Positions 11,386 through 25,449 of a DNA stretch of 64,000 nt are shown here, in pieces. The position numbers and the translations under genes were made by a program. The first letter of the stretch is position 1. Each line of letters begins with the position of its first letter. Source of the DNA: Ophelia neglecta (lineage: Eukaryota); assembly GCA_965285935.1 (NCBI GenBank), contig OZ260664.1, positions 53,444,001 through 53,508,000 of the forward strand. Reading direction: 5' to 3'. The notes under the pieces were generated by a model. The model was not told the origin of the DNA, searched no databases, and saw nothing but the letters and a program-made list of their open reading frames with translations.

Positions 11386-14300
11386 GGTCTTTTTGCGTTT
11401 TGAAAAAACCTTAAGAAGAAAACATCTATATTGTAAATTTTGGCGAGTTGAAACATAAGTGCTGTTTTCTTACTCGCAGTTTAATTGAGGAAATATATTT
11501 GTTGATTGACGTGTACGGATACCCGGGCAAGATGTTTCAGTCACATGGCATGATGGACTAGTGTTTTTTTTCGAAAATTGCCAACAGGGACGGAACCTAT
11601 GGGCTTATATGACCTAAAATAAGTCACAAATTGACCTTTACTCGTGAACATCAAATTCTTGTGTTGCTAGTAACGCATATAGATCGCCACAGTTATACGA
11701 TTTCCAAATGAACCCAGCAAATCTAGTTAGACCCAACAAATAATGTTATGTTATCAGTTCCCTTACAAATGAATATACATGTACCTAAATGGACAACACA
11801 AGAGACAGTTGTAAAACAGTTTATATCTTGGTCTACACTTGTGTGGCATTAGCTCTATACCCCTTGATGGTCATGGTTTACCTACTGCCAAAGATGGGTC
11901 AGTATCTATCAACGCATATACAATATGTATTGAGGTCCTTCACTAGTACTGGCAGAAACACGTGGGATTTCTTAGAATGCGCCTTTTTGCCTCAAATTGG
12001 AACCGATCAACAACCATGTACAAGTGACCGTTCAGTGTTATGTTGAAGTACTATTAACCGGTCAAGGTCTAGTACTATTGACTAGTCAAAAGTACTTTAC
12101 TATTGACCGATGCATTGAAAACTACTGAAAGGGTTATGAACATGATCATTACTTTTTAGGCAAACATTTATATAACTCATACATAAAGGAAACCAAAGAA
12201 TTATAGCGAGGACGTAATTATGATAAAATGCTCACAGTTTCAGACAGCTATGTAATAATATCCACTTGTCACTGAACTGTAAGGTTGACCAATTTTGAAG
12301 TGTTTCTGCACACTCTGCCAGTGAAACAGCCCATCGGCATTGCGAAGTATGGAATGCTTTAACTGTCTTGTCTAATATTTTGCCTGAATGTATATCGGAG
12401 TAATCTAATTCATGTTCTGAACCATTTATACAACAAGAGCAAATAAGACGGGGTTTAATAATTTGCGTAGGACACATTTCCGTTTGTCTAAGAATGGACC
12501 TAGCTAAGTTCGCACGTGATATAAAACAGCAAATGAGGAAATACTCGAATTTCTTAGAAGAACAGGATACTATTTGTTGCGGATGACTAGTAGGCCTATG
12601 CATTATAAATTACAAGTTACGATGTTGCTAACGCTGTCGTCTAGATTTTTGTAAACGGTATGCAACAATTCATAATAAATAAATTATGTGACGTAACGCG
12701 AGTATTCCTAGGATTTACCGAGGCCTATGTGAGGTATGCAAAATCATCACATGACTCCGGAACCAAATTGATCTGACATATCGCGCATGCTAGTATTGCG
12801 TCCAATTTTAACATTGCATCTTGTAAATGTTTGAGATATAATTAATCCTGATTTTTAATTACAAGTGTTTCTTAGGTCCAATTTAAGCTTTTTTTCCTAG
12901 TCTCCTTCCTATAAAATGTATAAAATACAATAGTGTCAGACATGCACCGTTGAAATATTTACAGAACAAGTTGGCCAACCCGCTGATCTAAGGGCCAGAA
13001 GTTTGGCCCTGTAAGACGAGTCTCCAATTCTGAAAGCTGTTCTGCGCAACGGAACGCTCTTGAAAAGAGAATCAATGTTACTAAGATAGCGATGCAGCTG
13101 CTTAAGGCATCTGCTGGTTCTTACTCAAGTAGACCTGCTTACCATTGAAACAGCCGAGACGTGTCTTGATGCAAAATTTCCGCCATTAAAACATATCAAT
13201 TACCAATATTGACTGGTATAAATCGCAGACGGCAAGGGCCGTAGAAGTTCTCAGGTTAATGTGATATGTTTGCGGAGGCTCTTATATTGATCGTCTGCTA
13301 CAAGAAATGCCAAACAATCCTTAGCAACCGTCGGTGGGCTCGGTTACCGCAAATTGACACTGTTCTAAAGTTCAACTTAGTTGTCAGAATTGTAGAACCA
13401 CGGTAAATATCAGATGGGTTGAACCCAAGCCTCTAGCTCAGTCACATGCAAGAGTTGACTTCTCGAATGACGTGTTTTTTCGGTGGTAAAATATTTGCAG
13501 CACATGAAGATGAAAAATATTGGTTGCGTCTAAACACAAGATGGTTTAAATAATCATTTCAAGCTTTATTTGGCATCTTTGATTTATATATTTAATGAGA
13601 AATACTTTCGATAATACGAGACTTCCGATGTGGCATGTGAATTCCTTGGCGAAACGCAATAAATTATGTTACAACATCTCTCGTGTAGCAGATAAGGTAA
13701 AGAACAAATTAAAGTCTGTGATAAATGAACCAAATATAATTTTTTTACAAGGAGCACATCACACTTTGTTTAATTTATTGAAAAAAAAACTACGATTTCC
13801 ACAAAAATCTATGAATTCTATCATCGCAGAGCTCTCTTCTTGTATTAAAACCTGTTATGATAAACTTGTCCACATCCATTCGTCTTAGTGCCTTGGTTTT
13901 ATATTACATTCCTCCCATGGTTAATCACTCTAGTTTCGTCAATATTGTTTACAACAATTACATTAGTAGCACTGTTAATTAACTAAAAGGAAAGAAAACT
14001 GAGATCATCACAGTCGGAGCGAAAGAACGGGGGAGGGAGAAGGGGGGGGGGGGCGACAGGGACTTAGGATAGAAAGAAGGTGAAAAATTGGGGAATAGTT
14101 GATAGAGTGTGGTCAATTAAAACTGTTACAGCTATTTGCGGATATCAACCTTGTTAGAAACTACAGGTCCTAGGTGACCACTAGCCACGTTCTAATATAA
14201 TAGATCTGAATAGAGAAAGATGACGCTCAGATCAGTCACCAAACCCAATAAGGTAAGCTACTGAAATCAAATTCTCTAATCTGCCAAAGTTGATTAAAAT

Positions 14301-16267
14301 CAATATCGCACCTTCCTTGTATTGCCTTACCGCGCACATAACAGTAACGTAGGGGTCTGAACGAAGTGCACTGATAATTAATAATATATATCGGAATATA
14401 ATTGCAGCCATTACCACCAGTATAAGATCTACTCATATCCTGGCCAATCGGTGCACAGACTACTCACACCTTTCAAAGATATGTTCCGAATATGATCACC
14501 TGCATCAGCAATCTCAGTCGTAGCTGATTAAGTGGGTGAATAGAAACCAAAATTAAACATTACCAATGGGTTAATATTGAATTAGGATTTAGATGAGTTC
14601 TGAAATGTAAAGGGAGGTTATGATAACGGAAGAATATCATGTCATTCTATAAAATTATACAATTACCCCAAGGCACTGCTCGACGGGGAAACAGGATATA
14701 ATAACTGCTTACTATACATTATATCATTTGGTTTATGTGCTACACAATTGCTTGCTGATTAATAAATATAATACAAGCGAACACAATATGCTTATTGCTC
14801 ATGTCAGCATTCGCGTGCATATATGCATTACCTCATGTTTTCCCAAAAACTGACATTAAATATTTTTATATATATATTTATGACATTCACACTTCAAGTT
14901 CGGTTAATGTAAAATTGAGTCGTCACCCACCGAAATAGTCATCATGTCGTATCTGCTTTAATAAGAACTTTGGTAAATTTGTGTCGTTGAGGTAGGGTAG
15001 TGAAATTATATTTGCGTCTCTGCACGGAAACTCTGGTGCGAGTAAATGTTGCAGAAAATTTTCTCCTTTGTAAAGAAAAAGTCTACTGGTTTCAAAAGTA
15101 TAAACGTGTGGCATACAAAATGCACTTCCTGAATCAATCTGCACAGTCGAAAGTGACACGTCCAATTTTTAACATTTTCAAGCTTGATATATTATATAGT
15201 TATTTATTTACTGGCGGGTAAAGTTCGTCTACAACAAACACCCGTGTTTAACATGTGTAACTGAACGTTCCACACCCTACACTGTACAATAAGTAAATCA
15301 GACGTTTCAGATATCACAAAGCAATTAAGTTAGAGAGAACTGCATAAAACAGCAACCGTCATAAGTGCAAGTATGCGTAAGTATGGTATTTCATTATACT
15401 CGGAGTAATTCCAATCGAGTAAGTTATTAGTAGGGCATGAGAAAACGTGCATGTGGATACATTCGTCATATATAAATTCATTTTCTAAGATGAGAGATTA
15501 AGTTTCTGTAATAATGAAGCAAAATTCCAGTTTATAAAAAGACGAATATTTCGTGAACAAGCAATGGATGATAAGTAGGAATTATCGTACACATCGTTAT
15601 GTAAAATAGCATCTTAATAGGATTTAAAATTGCTCTAAGCTCCTATAGGTGTCGAATTCTAAATTAATAACAAGTTACTTCTCTATCTAGTACATTAGTG
15701 ACCCATTTATGCCTGGAAATAAAGGCCTACTTAGGCCTATACTAGGCCCTACCTGTCCGTTATAATATAATAGGATATGTGTAATATTCTCATTGTGTTC
15801 ATATGACCATTTTTATATGTTATTATTATATATGTATTGTGTCTCTAAGTTTTCACTGTATGTACTTGATCATAAAATTGTAACTCCTCGGAAAGCGGGA
15901 GATAAATAAAGTTTAGAAGATCTTGGGAATTGGCTCGAACTTGGGATGATGAAATCATTCGGCGTTGTGAATTGAATTAGGCCTACTATTAAATTAGCGC
16001 ATCATTGATGATATATTATGACACTAATTCGGAATCCCTGGCCACTAAAAATGACAAGTTTGTCCTTTTGTACACCATTCCAATTGAAACGACGACATCC
16101 TTACAAGTGCGTCATCACTACTTCCGGAACTCGCATAATTGACAGCCTATCCAAGTGGATAAATTTGATAGCTAACAAGAAGCGGAGTCTCGCCACATAT
16201 CTTTAAAGATCACCAACTGAAAATTATAAATATAATAAGAAATACTGAAATTGTTCTATAATCTTAC

Positions 16268-16336
16268 CTTTTCCTCTTTTCCCCCAATTTCCACATAAAT
16301 TATTCTGGAGGTATCAAGCGACGAGCCGTTACCCAT
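16268..16336 (-). CDS. PDE9A: PDE9 coding exon 1 (MGNGSSLDTSRIIYVEIGGKEEK)
   Basis: ATG at 16336, 69 nt, donor AAG|GTAAGA. Matches the recalled vertebrate PDE9A N-terminus [23 protein letters not shown] in length and motif; the MGxxxS myristoylation consensus is retained. Confidence 0.93.
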
Positions 16337-16549
16337 CTTCTGTTCACGAATAAACGGAAACGAATATAAATGTGTTTAGTCGGATCGAGTCTTAGCTACT
16401 TGAAATCCGTATACGTAGAGGTCAAAGCATTGATATCATCCCCTTGTCCCAAGAACAATAGAATTAACTACACATTATCGTCTCTGCTTGTCATCTTTCA
16501 CCTGTAATGTGATCCTGTCTCAGCGGGGCTAAGGTCCAGTTTTTTGTGT

Positions 16550-17020
16550 CTGACAGTAGCGACTGTACACATAAAAATGATTTTCGACTGATTTACGTAG
16601 TCCTAATTGGAGTCGGTTTCCGGGAGTCGGATGAATCGTGAATTGAGAATGTCCGATAGTTTTGTTAATCTTGGCGACAAAGGGCGGTTTTGTCATTGAT
16701 TGCTCAAGACGCCTCCTTCCTACAAGTAGATTTTTAGGCTACCACATCATTTTCTCATTTTCTCTTTCGCGTCTGCCGCTTGCCTATCGTCTGGGAAGTC
16801 TACGTCGTTTGCGCTCGATTCGAAGTGAATGTGCCACTATAACCTTTATTGGCAGCCAGAAGATGAGGTAGCGGGCGCGCAGATGCCAGCGGCGTTTACG
16901 GGCATCATACCTGGTTTGTCACCGAGGTTTTACCTGTATGCTCCAAACGCCGCACAGGCTGGTGTCATTCATGGACAAAACGCGCCGATGGCAAGAAGTT
17001 GTTGATCCGTATCGCCATGG
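16550..17020 (-). promoter_or_regulatory. Probable PDE9 promoter / 5'UTR region
   Basis: Locally CpG- and GC-rich stretch (e.g. gcgggcgcgc, cagcggcg) just upstream of the PDE9 ATG exon in an AT-rich background. TSS not determinable. Confidence 0.4.
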
Positions 17021-20000
17021 AAACCATGTAGACAAACCTTTATTCCCCGAAGGAAATTAAGGGAAATTAGTATGGGTATTAGTCATTAAGGAGTATCCAC
17101 TGCTTTATTGTCATCTATTTATTCTCTTAGTGATACCTTAGATATTTTGATCACACGCACTTCAACTGCATCATCTTCGACACTAATTGGTGAACATATT
17201 TTATGAATATATAATTACCAGTTATATATCGAAGGTTTCCATGTGTGGACGTACGTACTGAAGTATTAGGCCTAAACATTGAAAAGGCCGCACCAGGGTT
17301 TTCCGGCACTTTTAAGGGTCAATGAGAGATAAGCACGGATAGGCCTACCGAGGTAGAATATATAACTTGATTCATTTGTCGATTTTGTTATTAGATTAGT
17401 ATAGGGCTTATCTTAGTGAAAACGGCTCAAAGGCGCTGAACATATTGTATAAAAATTAAATCAATTCATAACACTGTACAATAAAAATTACATACAAACG
17501 CTACATTGAACGACACAAAAAAAAAAGAAAATAAACTAAATGGTCTATATAAAAGCAATAAAAAACAATGTTAAACTAATCAAAATTTAAAGATTTTTTA
17601 CATTCACAGATTGAGCATTGCATTGAGCAGGCCATGAAAATTTGTTTTTAATAGGCCTAAACTATGTGGAAAACTAGCTACCCGACATAATAAAACTATG
17701 AGAATGGGCTTAACCTCACTTTGGCAGCTAAAATTCGCCAATAGGTAGAGCTTCCTGTCTGAGCGGATAAATGCACAGCCTGCGCTCAGGTATTAATTAA
17801 TTTGCTAATATACCCACATTAGACTTGGCTTTTCAATACTGGACCAGCTATTTTTCTGTGCATTATTACTTTCAATGGCTCGTGATCACACTCACCAAAA
17901 TACATAGAAGTGATCCTTGTTTTGTTGTCCCTAAAAGACAAAGTAAATGTGGCAATCCAGCGCTGAAAGTACTTTGTAGTTTTTCATAAGTCTAACCCGG
18001 CTGACGAAAACTCAAGCGTCTGTGTACAGAACGAAATGCTTGGTAAGTAGTGTGTAGCTGTGAATAACAGGCATGAAGGGAACATTCGTTTAGTTCCAAT
18101 CCATACATCATTCTCAAGGCAAATATCTATGTTATAAATGGTGAAAAATTCCCACCACGATGAGAGCAACGACTTGCATGCCATACGCTGTTTTCCCACA
18201 CCTCCGCATGTAAACACAACCACGTGCGCTTCACTTTTTACTAGCCCGGTGTATATGAAAACACATAAAATAGTTCGCCACATATGTCACAATTGTCAAA
18301 CACATTACCACCTGTAGTGATCAGAAAATGACCATACTTGTGTGCATAATTGCAAATTTGTCCACAGATAACCTTGAAATCAGAAAAAAGGGAAAAATAT
18401 TATGTTAATTTAATGCCGGGACTATAGCTTCGTCACATGGAGCCACACATATAACCATTGATACCTAAATGCACTTTAATGCCTATATATTCGGGAATTA
18501 TAAACCTATGAAAAAAAATACCATATAGGCCTACCGGAGCGCAAAATCGCTTATAGCCATAAATTTTCAATACTTTGTACATTAGAAGCCTAGCTATACC
18601 CTCTATTGAATTGTCATAACTTTTTGAGACAAGTGTTTGCTTCTTCTCGACAAATTGACCATGGACCAATGGTTGGCTCTTATGTATAAACCAGGTCAAT
18701 CATAAGCCAATCAATCGAATGGGTCCTTTAATACGCAAAAAACAGGATCACGTCAGGGGCGTCACGGAAAGTGAATATTTATGCAATGAAAGTGATAAGC
18801 AGATTATGCATAGAATATAGAATATGTGGTTTAATATTGTTTAATTTTAAATTGGTTGAACCTTTTAATTGAAAGTCCTTTTAGTCTCATTTCCGCAATA
18901 CCACTTCTCACATGCTGACAGACTTCTTTTTTATTCCACAAGAGGGTGACTGATTTCAAGAACAGTTTGCAAAAACCAGAAGAAATAAGGTACCTGGTGT
19001 ATTTTTTCCTTCTCTCAGTCAATAACTCTAATAGTTACGAACAATTTCATGCCATTCTAATTTCCATAGGAAACTTTCTGCACGAGCGGAAGCATAGTGA
19101 GTGCCGCCAATAGCCTTATAAGTACATACTACTAAAGGCCTACTGCTTACTGTCATGGGTTCGCTGGTTCATCATAACTTTAGGGCATGGATTATACATG
19201 AGCTTCGATTTCGAGTTAGGCAATGCATTATGACGCTGATACATATACAGATAATTATATAAAAGCAATCTGTGAACTTCCTACATTGGTAAATACGATT
19301 TAATGATGACTTCATTAATTTGCAGTCCCCACCTGTTCATTATAGCCACTTTCACATTCCTCGATGCCGAGATACGCAAATCAGAAATCAGAAATGGCAT
19401 TTCCTCACTTGCTGGTGATACATATAGGAATTGCTTAGTCATGTAGGCTATAACGGTTTATGGACATGCATGGCTCGTAGGCTTATCTATATACCCTGGG
19501 AATAGTCGCCTTTCTAGGTAACTGGTTTATTTTCTCTTTGACATTTTCTTAGAGTGTTTTCGTGGTAAACATGAGATATATAATAATCTGCTGATGAATC
19601 AAGTACTGGAGCAGTCGCGGCACCTGCTCTTTAATGGTTCCTTTATCAGTTTAGCAGTTTTACGTAATTTGCATTGAATTTTATAATACATTTTCCGAAA
19701 CCAACAAAAACGACTTCTGTTGTCGCAAAAAGTCCCTTGCGGAAATTACAACATAATAATTACTGTTCCCATTTAAAAAGCTGTTTTTTTCTCTAAAATT
19801 TGTTTTTGCTCTAACACTGGTTGGTATTGTCATCAAAATTTAATTACACAATTCACATTGGCCTATAAATCAACATACAAATTCCGTCTGAATTAAACAG
19901 ATAACTTATATTAAACGGATTGAAACATTTTTCAAGTCAGCATCTCCTAGTATACAGTATACTTGTAATTCATTTTCAGAGTTTCATGGATATAAAGTTG

Positions 20001-20559
20001 TCCGCCGAAATTTAAATATCTAAATATAAGTCGCACGTAAGAACAATATTGTTCGAGTTCAGCATTCAGAGTCAACTATATATCTATGAATCCCAAGTGT
20101 TATACATAATTAGACAATTCAAATTATATACAAACTATAGTGTTGTGTGTTTTGTGAAACATCGGTATGAATCTATTGACTAATAATTAAGGAGGTTTAT
20201 AAATAGGCAATATACAATGATTCGATATTTCCACGACCGAATAAAGTGTAGCTAAACAAGGCCAAGGAAAATTTTGCAAGTTATCATGTTTTGTAAATAC
20301 ATGTTCCGACCTTGAGTTGTTCTGATTGCGAATTCAAGTTTATTCCAAGCAATGAACTGCCTCTTTCAATGAAATAAGACTCAAAGCCAACTTGATAAGC
20401 AATTGTAAAAAGAACTGCTGGTCTATGCAAAGGCTGATGAGACAAAGGAACAACATGTTATGAGAATCGGGAAAGGGTTATCTAAAAAATACTGCTTCAG
20501 ACAATGCGTTTGTGTGGTTTTAGTGTCATCACATGCAAATAGGTATGGGCTTTTTCTAA

Positions 20560-21350
20560 AAAAAAACAATAGGAAAGAGTTCGACTTAATGGCTGTTACT
20601 CACTGGGTATGATGATGTAAGTGGCATTTCCCAGGGTTCAATTCTCGGGCCAATTCTCTTTATGATATTCATAAATGATTTGCGAAGTCAGGGTAAATCA
20701 GGCGTTTGCTGATAACACAAAATTGTATAGGGAAATAGCCGGTAATTTGAACTTTGCGCAGCATATCCAGGCACATGAAAACAATACCAATCGATTAGTG
20801 GGTGTCATACAAGTGTCTTTCACCTATCTAGATAATGAAACTTGTGATTAATTGTTCAGGCCTCACCTTGAATATGCAGCAACGTCGGATCTCCTTACCT
20901 GAAAAAACAGATATCAAAATTGTTTAAAATGCGGAAAGGAGGCATCAAATTAGGTCCCAGGCTATCTTACGAGGGTCGTTACAAAATCTAAAATAACAGA
21001 AGTGCTAGAAGTGACATGAGGCAGACGTACAAATTATGAAATGATGTTTATGACAAATAAGTGACAATTAGCTGGGATCCTGCATTTAAGCGTACTTGGG
21101 GAGACAAGGTCATCGTTTCACATTAGCAAGGCATAGAACAAGGTTGGACATGAGAAAGTTCCTATTTTCAAAAGAGTGGCCGATATATGGAACCACCTCC
21201 CCCTAGAAGTTGTGCAGGCAGCTAGTGTGAGGATATTAGAGACACTTTTGGACAAACACTGGGCCGCACAGCCCCTCGTTTGTATTCTAAGAACTTTACC
21301 CACAAAAGAACCAGAAGTTAGAGCCGGCATTCAGTAATACCTAAACTAAA
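20560..21350 (+). mobile_element. Decayed, internally deleted CR1-type LINE (RT to 3' end)
   Basis: Frameshifted motifs in order: SGISQGSILGPILFMIFINDL, FADNTKLY, RPHLEYA, LSYEGR, RSDMRQTYK, RVADIWNHLPLEVVQA...LDKHW. Confidence 0.9.
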
Positions 21351-24300
21351 TTATGCAAGACATTTTCACTCCTTAATCATTTTTTTAATCAATTTATTAT
21401 TTTATTTATTTATTTATTAATGAAGAATGACCCAAAGCCAGTATAGTTTCAGCAAGCCAACGTAAACTCCTTTGGTACAGAATCGTATGTATCATTATGT
21501 AATATCATATATGCCTGAAATTTGTACAGTCCATGGCAACTATGATAACAATTTGTTCGGTGGCGTTGCTCCTAAACTATATGGTCCAATTTTTCAATGT
21601 ATATACCCACACTGATGTTTATTACTAAAGGCTGATATATTTTCTTAAGCCTACATTCTACATTCTGTTTGGTCTATTAAGGGTAATTGGGCTCAATTTT
21701 TTTTTAATATTCCTAGAGAATATATAAGTTTTTAATAAGGAGGGGGAGGGGGTTTACCATTATTTGTTTTGTATAAACAGATAAGTTATCCTTTATCATA
21801 ATTAAACATGAATAGGTTAATAAGATTTAGTTTAGAATTGTGTAATGAAACTTTGTAAAGGGCCATCTAATCTTGGCCTTGCATCGTTATTAATGATTTA
21901 AGCATGTTTAACACATGCTTGAACAATTTCTTTATATAATGTTTTACTGTAAATTCACATATTTATTCCTCACCGAGGCATGGCTCATTTACACTATGCA
22001 GAAAAACATCAATTGTGACCTGTCGAAATTAAGTTTTTTTTAGTACGATTTGTGCCATCAGAGTAGTTGGAGGATGCTGATAGATAATAATAATTGGCCC
22101 TAGCTTTTTCGTGTGCTTCCTTTGTCTGGCACTTCCAATTTGGATTTCTAAGAATTTAAACAAAAAATGCACTCAATTAAACACTGTAGATATATGTATT
22201 TCCACGACATATTTCCGTTTCGTGACACCAAAGTCCGCTTTGTTCCTCGAAATGCCGACGTAGGTAGACGAAATCGAGGACAATTTCTACACAGGACTTC
22301 CGGACAAGAACGGAAGGAACATTTCTGAATTTTGACAGTTTTCTAAAATGACATGGCACTTGATATTTCTCAGTAGCTGACATGGGCTTTTGGGGACCTA
22401 CGGGGCATTTTCCTTTCTTGAAAAAAATCGCTTTGTCATTGATTTACGATCAATAGGTTACGGTGCTTTAGCATGTATGTGGATCTAAATATGATTCATA
22501 TAGACGGACTACATGCATATAGACTATATGAATGTAGGTATACATTGTGAGAAGAATGATGTCTGACTGCTCTCAGTAACACAACAGGCCATATAGATGT
22601 ACTATACCCTAGAGGCGGTTACTTTATGCGTTATTAATTGAAGTCATAATGCAGAATATGTGCTACATAATGTTAGAATTTGGAGATCTACAAAGTTTTA
22701 GATTTTATCAACTTAAAATGAAGGCAGAAGCTTGCAATTAATAAATAAGGGTCAGCAAAAATTATGCTTTCCAAATCCGAAAAAAATAACAAAACATGGA
22801 TAATAATATAGTTGAAATACATATCTGTCATGTTTTGCAGGTCTAATGGCTTCTTCGACGAAATATAGGACTTTTAAAAACAATTGACTGTTGCGTTCTA
22901 TATCTGGTGTTTGGATAATTGTACTTGATCAGAGCATTAGCTAAATTTAAATGTTGAACCATAACCTCATGATCACGAAAAGGTGGCATTGTAATAAGTA
23001 TAGAAATCTAAGATACTGCTTGTACTGGGAAACTACTTTTAATTTGGAAGCAAATGAACATGTGCATTTTGTAATAGAAGAAATATATTCTACTCCCAGA
23101 TGGAAAATAAGCCAGCCATCTTTACTGTGATAGGAATGTATTCGTTTTATTTATGCAAGGGTTATTATTCTATCAATCTACATCAACTAGACCATTTACG
23201 CAGTGTCGTCGGAAACCTGTATTAACAATATGCTTTCCACCATTTAATACCACACAAAGTGGTTATAAAGGAATAAATATTTACAAAATTTACCATTTTT
23301 TCCACATTTTTATTAATAACTGCAACATCATAAATTCAACAGCCATTGCATTGAAACACGAATCAATTTATCTAACTTATCTAACGTTTTACCTAGGGAC
23401 AATGCTACCCCTCTCTGCCTTTCTTATATAACATTAATAGGTCTACTCTAAAACAGACACGACAGCTCGTACCTTGTTTGGCGGGTACATTTGTACGCCG
23501 CTAATAATACAATTAAATGTATGACTGTCCAATTGGTTGACTTGAGGTGTGACACTAGTTTCCATCTTGAGCGTCTATGACATGGACAATTTATGAATGA
23601 GTCAAATGTGTCATAGCTAGGTGTTGTTTTTACGCAGAGAAAGACAACAGGCTATTATTAAAACCTGTTATTAGAACAAGTGCTCAGGACACCAAATATG
23701 CTTTAAAAATGCTTGCAAACTCTCATTTGCTTATGCCAGAAAGACTGTACATCACAGCTCACGTCCACAGCAAAATTAACTGACCCAAAGCAATAATGTA
23801 TATAATTGTATTTTAGGAATGACGTTTTCAGCAAAAACAAAAACAACTTAAACATAGAATTAAAAGTTTTGAATTAAATTATACTATATGCGGTTAATTT
23901 CACATCCTGGTCCCTTTTAACTAACTGGATGTTTGTATGTATACCTCCCCATTTCAGTTACGCCCGGAGTGATATGCCACATTAGGTAATGCTTCTTTCA
24001 CGGCACTTGAAATCCCCACGCCACCCTTTATATTATTGCAATATGCAGTGATGATTTGTGAATTACAAAAAGGTGCTTAAAAGTCACGTAGATTGATTAG
24101 CAAATAAATTCTTTGTCACCAGCTTCCTTATTGGTCGCGTGACAAACTGTATCTTTGTGTCATAGGTAATTCTGTTTTGCATTTAGTAAATATTAAAATT
24201 ACGGACTTGTCTTATAAAGGAAACCAACGGATTTGTTTTGCTAGCTGTTGTGGTCGCAAGCGGTTCTTGCATGCGTCCGAAGCGGTTCAGGACAGGTTTA

Positions 24301-25449
24301 TGAACATATCAAGGTACATTGGTAAACTTCCGATGTTTCCAATGAGTGACAATGGGCGTTGGTAAGACACCCTCTGATTTTTTGGTTTTGTTGATTAGCC
24401 GAAGTAGAACGGGGCGCTGGAATTTCCCGACAAACTCGGGAAAACCAGGTCATTTGATCTTTGCTCGCATTGGTCAGTTTCTCTAGTACGTCACAGGTCT
24501 AAGCCGCCTTGCCCGGGGTGATCCGGATCACTTAACGCAAAGGTAGTGGTAGGGAGTGTCGTGACATGTGACGAGCAGCAACCACCATTAGGCAATCATC
24601 AGTGACTGATTGTCAAACTTTTATATCCGTATCTGAAGACTGTAGAAATCCCTGTGGACTACACAAATTTAGTTCAATTGTTCCACTGGCCGCTGCCGGT
24701 CAGGCGATTGGTGAAAGTGGCCTGCTGACGTCATTTCTAGCACACGGAACTTCAATGAGGCATGCCATAAACGCCCAGGAGGGGCGCTATGGGGGGGGGG
24801 GGTCGGTCAAGAATATGCCGGAATAAGTATGTTCAGCCCACAAGAGGTGTCTTAATGAATTTCAAATGGCTATGTTTTCTTTTAGAGAGAATCGTGTTAT
24901 TGCCACGCTATTTGCTACAAACAACAGGTAACTGGCAGGTTTGACAACACATATACCTACCAAATGGCATTCAAATTGATTAATCAAGTAGTAAATAAAC
25001 TGATAGAGAGAAGTATCACAATAGAAAATTCTCCCCAATATAACAACAGGTCCACGAAGCCCCTGGGAAAGATTAACATTTACCCTTGTAATAGTACGTG
25101 CTGAGATGATAAACATATGTTTATAAGGCCTTTCCATACCCAAATGATGTTTTGAAGGTATTATCTCAATGTTTAAGCGGACTCGGTAAACGTTTGAATG
25201 CTGGTAGAAGTAGTAGTCTAATATTACTTTTATAAAGGCCCCGATTCACCCAACGCTACTATAATAGTTTATACCAAAATGATTCCAGCCACGACCGAAA
25301 CATAGTAGTTAAAATAAGACGAAATGCCATTCTGTCTTCCGTACTCCATTTTAAAGCAGTATAACGACCAGGCTGTGTAGTTTTTGTTTCACCGCAGACG
25401 ATATAGTACAATGCAACATCTGTGGTTGCACCAAGAGAAAAAGAATTGT

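Noticed and set aside
12071-12096. 26-bp near-palindrome agtactattgactagtcaaaagtact, and the doubled ctcattctatct.aatgagt at 30651-30719
   Set aside because: Short, isolated and most simply explained as repeat debris.
13136-13190. ATG-led mini-frame MAEILHQDTSRLFQ ending at a TG|GTAAGC donor in PDE9 intron 1
   Set aside because: A phase-2 end is out of frame with exon 2 and forms TGA when joined to exon 3. No supporting homology.
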